DNA of 64,000 nucleotides. It comes from the human T2T-CHM13v2.0 reference genome, Homo sapiens. Below are positions 60,234 to 64,000 of the stretch, piece by piece. The stretch lies in the NCBI RefSeq assembly GCF_009914755.1, contig NC_060932.1, one strand, 5' to 3'. Each line of letters starts with the position of its first letter. Position 1 is the first letter of the stretch. Under the pieces are notes generated by a model. It worked only from the letters and a program-made list of their open reading frames with translations, was not told the origin of the DNA and made no database searches. Position numbers and translations under genes: made by a program.

Positions 60234-61271
60234 TCTATTAGCTTCTTAATTTCTTCTCAGACTTAATTATTTTTAACTGTATGCTAGTTATCAGGTATTA
60301 TAATAATGTTACATATCAAAATCAGCTAGGGGGAGGGATAACCACTTCAATCAAATTGATTTGGAATGGAGCTAGGTTGCTTTTAGACCTGAAAGACCTA
60401 TCCTATGTCAATCACAGGGTTCTCCTCTGTGCTAGAAGTTTGGACTTCAGCACTGAAGGAAGGTGGGCTTTCTCTCCCTATCTTTTCACTTAAGACACCC
60501 ATTTCTTGCAGGTCCCATTACTTAGTCCAAGTCTTTTAGAATAATTTGGTTGGTAACAACCAGCTGAATGTGTGGCACTTATCAAAATCCCAATATGTCA
60601 TAATCACTTGCATGTTTTTCTGTCTGTATAGTCTCTCTGTCTTTCACAAGCCCAATGTTTTTTCTCCCTGTTCTTGTACTCAGCAGATGCCTCATCAAGG
60701 GAAATAGCTTCTAATTTCTACTCAGCTGAAAAGAGCACTTCACTCTCTGAAATTTAGTTTCTTTACACTCATGTGAGTCTCCAGATTTCTGAACTCTTCA
60801 AAAACACATATGCACATAATTTTTAAAATTTACTTGATTTTTCTAGTTGTCATTTTGGGGTATATTTGGGCTGTGGCCTTCTGCATTCTAATCAGAAGCA
60901 GAATTCCAAGTCTTGCTATTTCATGTTAATGAATGCACTAGTTTGTTGAAGCTTAATGTTTTTCTATTTAATTTAAGCATGTCATCTATTTAGTCTTGAT
61001 TATTTAGGTGTTAAAATAGTTTGCCAGTATTTTGTAATTTTTTTGTTATTTTGTGAATATTTAGCAATTCATATTTGTCAAATCATCTTTAAGTTTGAAA
61101 GTTCCTGCTCATATGTTTTATGAAAACAATTATTCAAAATACATAACAAGGAATCATCAGTACATGTTGTGATTTTTATGGCTGTTAGGCTCTCTTTTCC
61201 TTGTGGGTGCTTGCAAGCTATCTGAAACCAAGACTCTCTCTTTCAATACTTTATATTCTGAATAAACACAC

Positions 61272-61580
<309 letters not shown>

Positions 61581-62035
61581 GTCTATTGTAACCTGTATAG
61601 TAGCCATATAGTAAAGGAAAGAAAGGCAGCAAAAAAAAAAAAAGATGTATTTACCCAGTTCAACATCCTGAAACTACACAGGCCCTCGTCATTTAACTCA
61701 TATCTACTTATTCTGAAGTTGGCACCTCCCATAACTCCTAGAACTGCTTTGAGCTCTGTAGTACATCTTTGACTATATGATCTTTGCATATGATTTTCTT
61801 AGTGCAATACTTTTTATTAAATAAATATTTTTAAAATATATTTTCCTCTTGGTAGCACTTTCTTTTTTAATCAATACTATTACTATTATAAATTCATTTC
61901 TTTCAAAAACACACACACATAATTTTTTAAGGATTTGAGGGAGAAGAGAAGATGTATATACATGCCATGTCTGTTAACTATATCTGAGAATGCATTGATA
62001 TATATTAAAAACTCATTACTAATATTTCTATGTTT

Positions 62036-62291
62036 GTTTGTTTTTTGGGGGGCGTGAGCTCGGCTCACTGCAAGCTCCGCTTCCCGGGTTCACGTCATTC
62101 TCCTGCCTCAGCCTCCCGAGTAGCTGGGACTACAGGCGCCCGCAACCAGGCCGGGCTAATTTTTTGTATTTTTAGTAGAGATGGGGTTTCACCGTGTTAG
62201 CCAGGATGGTCTCGATCTCCTGATCTGGTGATCCGCCCGTCTCGGCCTCCCAAAGTGCCGGGATTACAAGCGTGAGCCACCACGCCCAACC
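62036..62291 (-). mobile_element. AluY lacking its 3'-terminal ~40 nt
   Basis: 16-bp TSD TAATATTTCTATGTTT at 62020-62035 and 62292-62307; sense ends GAGCTCACGCC-CCCC-AAAAAAC. Confidence 0.92.
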
Positions 62292-64000
62292 TAATATTTC
62301 TATGTTTATGTGTGTATTAGTATCTACATGTAGGTACAAACGTCTAAATATATTTATATGTAACATCATATAAACCATATCTGTAACTATCTAAAAGATA
62401 GACTCTCTCTATAGCATACTGTTACACAGGTAAATATTATACAGGCACACATACGTGAAAAAAATCTACTTAGGTCATATTTCTACTGTGGCCTGCATGA
62501 TTCTTAAAAGAGAAAAAGTTACTTAATTAAATCCTTGTCTCTGAAACCAAAAACCAAATCGATTTATTTGCCTTCTGAATAATATTTTGATTAAATTAGC
62601 AACTGTCTTGTTACCATGTAATATAATGAAGACAATTTTTCTTTACTTTAAAAAAACAACATTTCATTGGATGCCTCTTTAACTCCAGTTGATTTTAGCT
62701 TATTTGTTAATATTAAATATGTAGTATAAATATTTAATAAAATTATATAAAGAAAAATGTTTTCATCACCCAAGTTTTTTCAGTCCTCTTGTAATGCATA
62801 TTGTAAGTTTAAATGTGTTACTTTTATACAACTTATGAACGCTTTTGACACATAGTCGTTTTCCTCCTGCTTACACATGACTATGCCGTTTCATTCTCTT
62901 TTGAGGCCCGTTATACAGTTAGCATTTTTCATGTGTCATAGTGTTCTACTGAGTATACATATCACCAATTATGAATGGGACACATTTTAATATTTTGTAA
63001 TCATTAAAAAAAGGAAGTGACCTGCATTTGAGTCCTTCGTTTTGCCCATCTTCCCCATTTGTACTGTGTACCAAGTCTGTAATAAGTACAAGGGTTATAT
63101 GGCAAAAGGACAGATGCTATTAGTCCCTTCATGGAATTTAGCTTATGTATAGAAGGAAATAACAATAAAATGGTATTAGAAGTGTTGCAGAATGAAAAAG
63201 TGTTAGTTAGATTAAAAGGAAAAGCAATATGGAGAGAGAAAAGGAAGAGCTAAAAATAAATCAGCTATGAAGTCAGGAACTTGAGGCAGGATGGTGCTCA
63301 TATGAACCAAAAATAGGTGCAGTGGAGCTGTAGCTGTGTGAGGGGCTGAAAACTGAAAGACAGCTAAGGATGGACAGATGGACAAGGTCAAAGTCATCTT
63401 AAGAAAAGTTGAGATAATTCCCTTAGGATAATTTATTTTACAACTGAGTTATTTCCAAAAATAATGAGCATTCTTTTTTTCTCTCCCAACTATATGTATG
63501 ATAATTCAATGTACTCATTTTAAAATGCAAATTTCATCTAAATATCCATCTATTTAACACTCATTTACTTCTCAATGACAAATGATGCTCCTGGTGTTAT
63601 ATATAATAAAAAGTAATGAATTTGGAATTCATTTACTCTGTTCAATTTTGTCTAATTTATGTCTGTGACATACCACACTGATTCCCTTCATTTAACAAAC
63701 TAATATTCACATGACTGTCACCATAGTAGCATTTTCTTAGGACAATTATGTTTCATCACATAAATGCTAATTATTCAATCATTTTCCATGGTAAATATAT
63801 TTTTATCTCCTACAATATGGCAGGCATTATGTTTGGTTCTCACAGTGAACCAAGGGTGTTCTGTCTCCTTCCCTCGTGGGGCCTGCAGTTGGTAGAAGAG
63901 ACAGATAGCAATAAAATTGTCACTCAGATAAAAAAATATAGTTACACTCTTAAGAAGTACCAGCAAGGAGGAATGCAAAGTGGCACATATTTATATTATA

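Overview
AT-rich, repeat-saturated primate genomic DNA. AluY plus a HERV-W LTR17 point to a catarrhine, probably human or ape. I can support no intact protein-coding gene, RNA gene or CRISPR array. The ORF track is explained by decayed LINE-1 ORF1/ORF2, antisense Alu frames, ERV pol/env remnants and chance ORFs. Main contents: 12 Alu-family elements (all on the minus strand), two 5'-inverted (twin-primed) L1PA insertions with clear TSDs, several old L1M/L1PB fragments, a MER4-group ERV1 integrase-env-LTR remnant, two ERVL gag-pro-RT remnants, solo LTRs (LTR17, MER57-like, THE1, MSTA, MLT1s, LTR33) and DNA-transposon relics. Subfamily names come from recall of consensus sequences and need RepeatMasker/Dfam confirmation. 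I found no convincing new biological system. The most notable signals are mutational and structural: complete Alu strand bias, a triple inverted-repeat scar, a 24-bp locally templated copy, microhomology-bounded L1 deletions, multi-level nesting and two weak minus-strand non-coding exon candidates.
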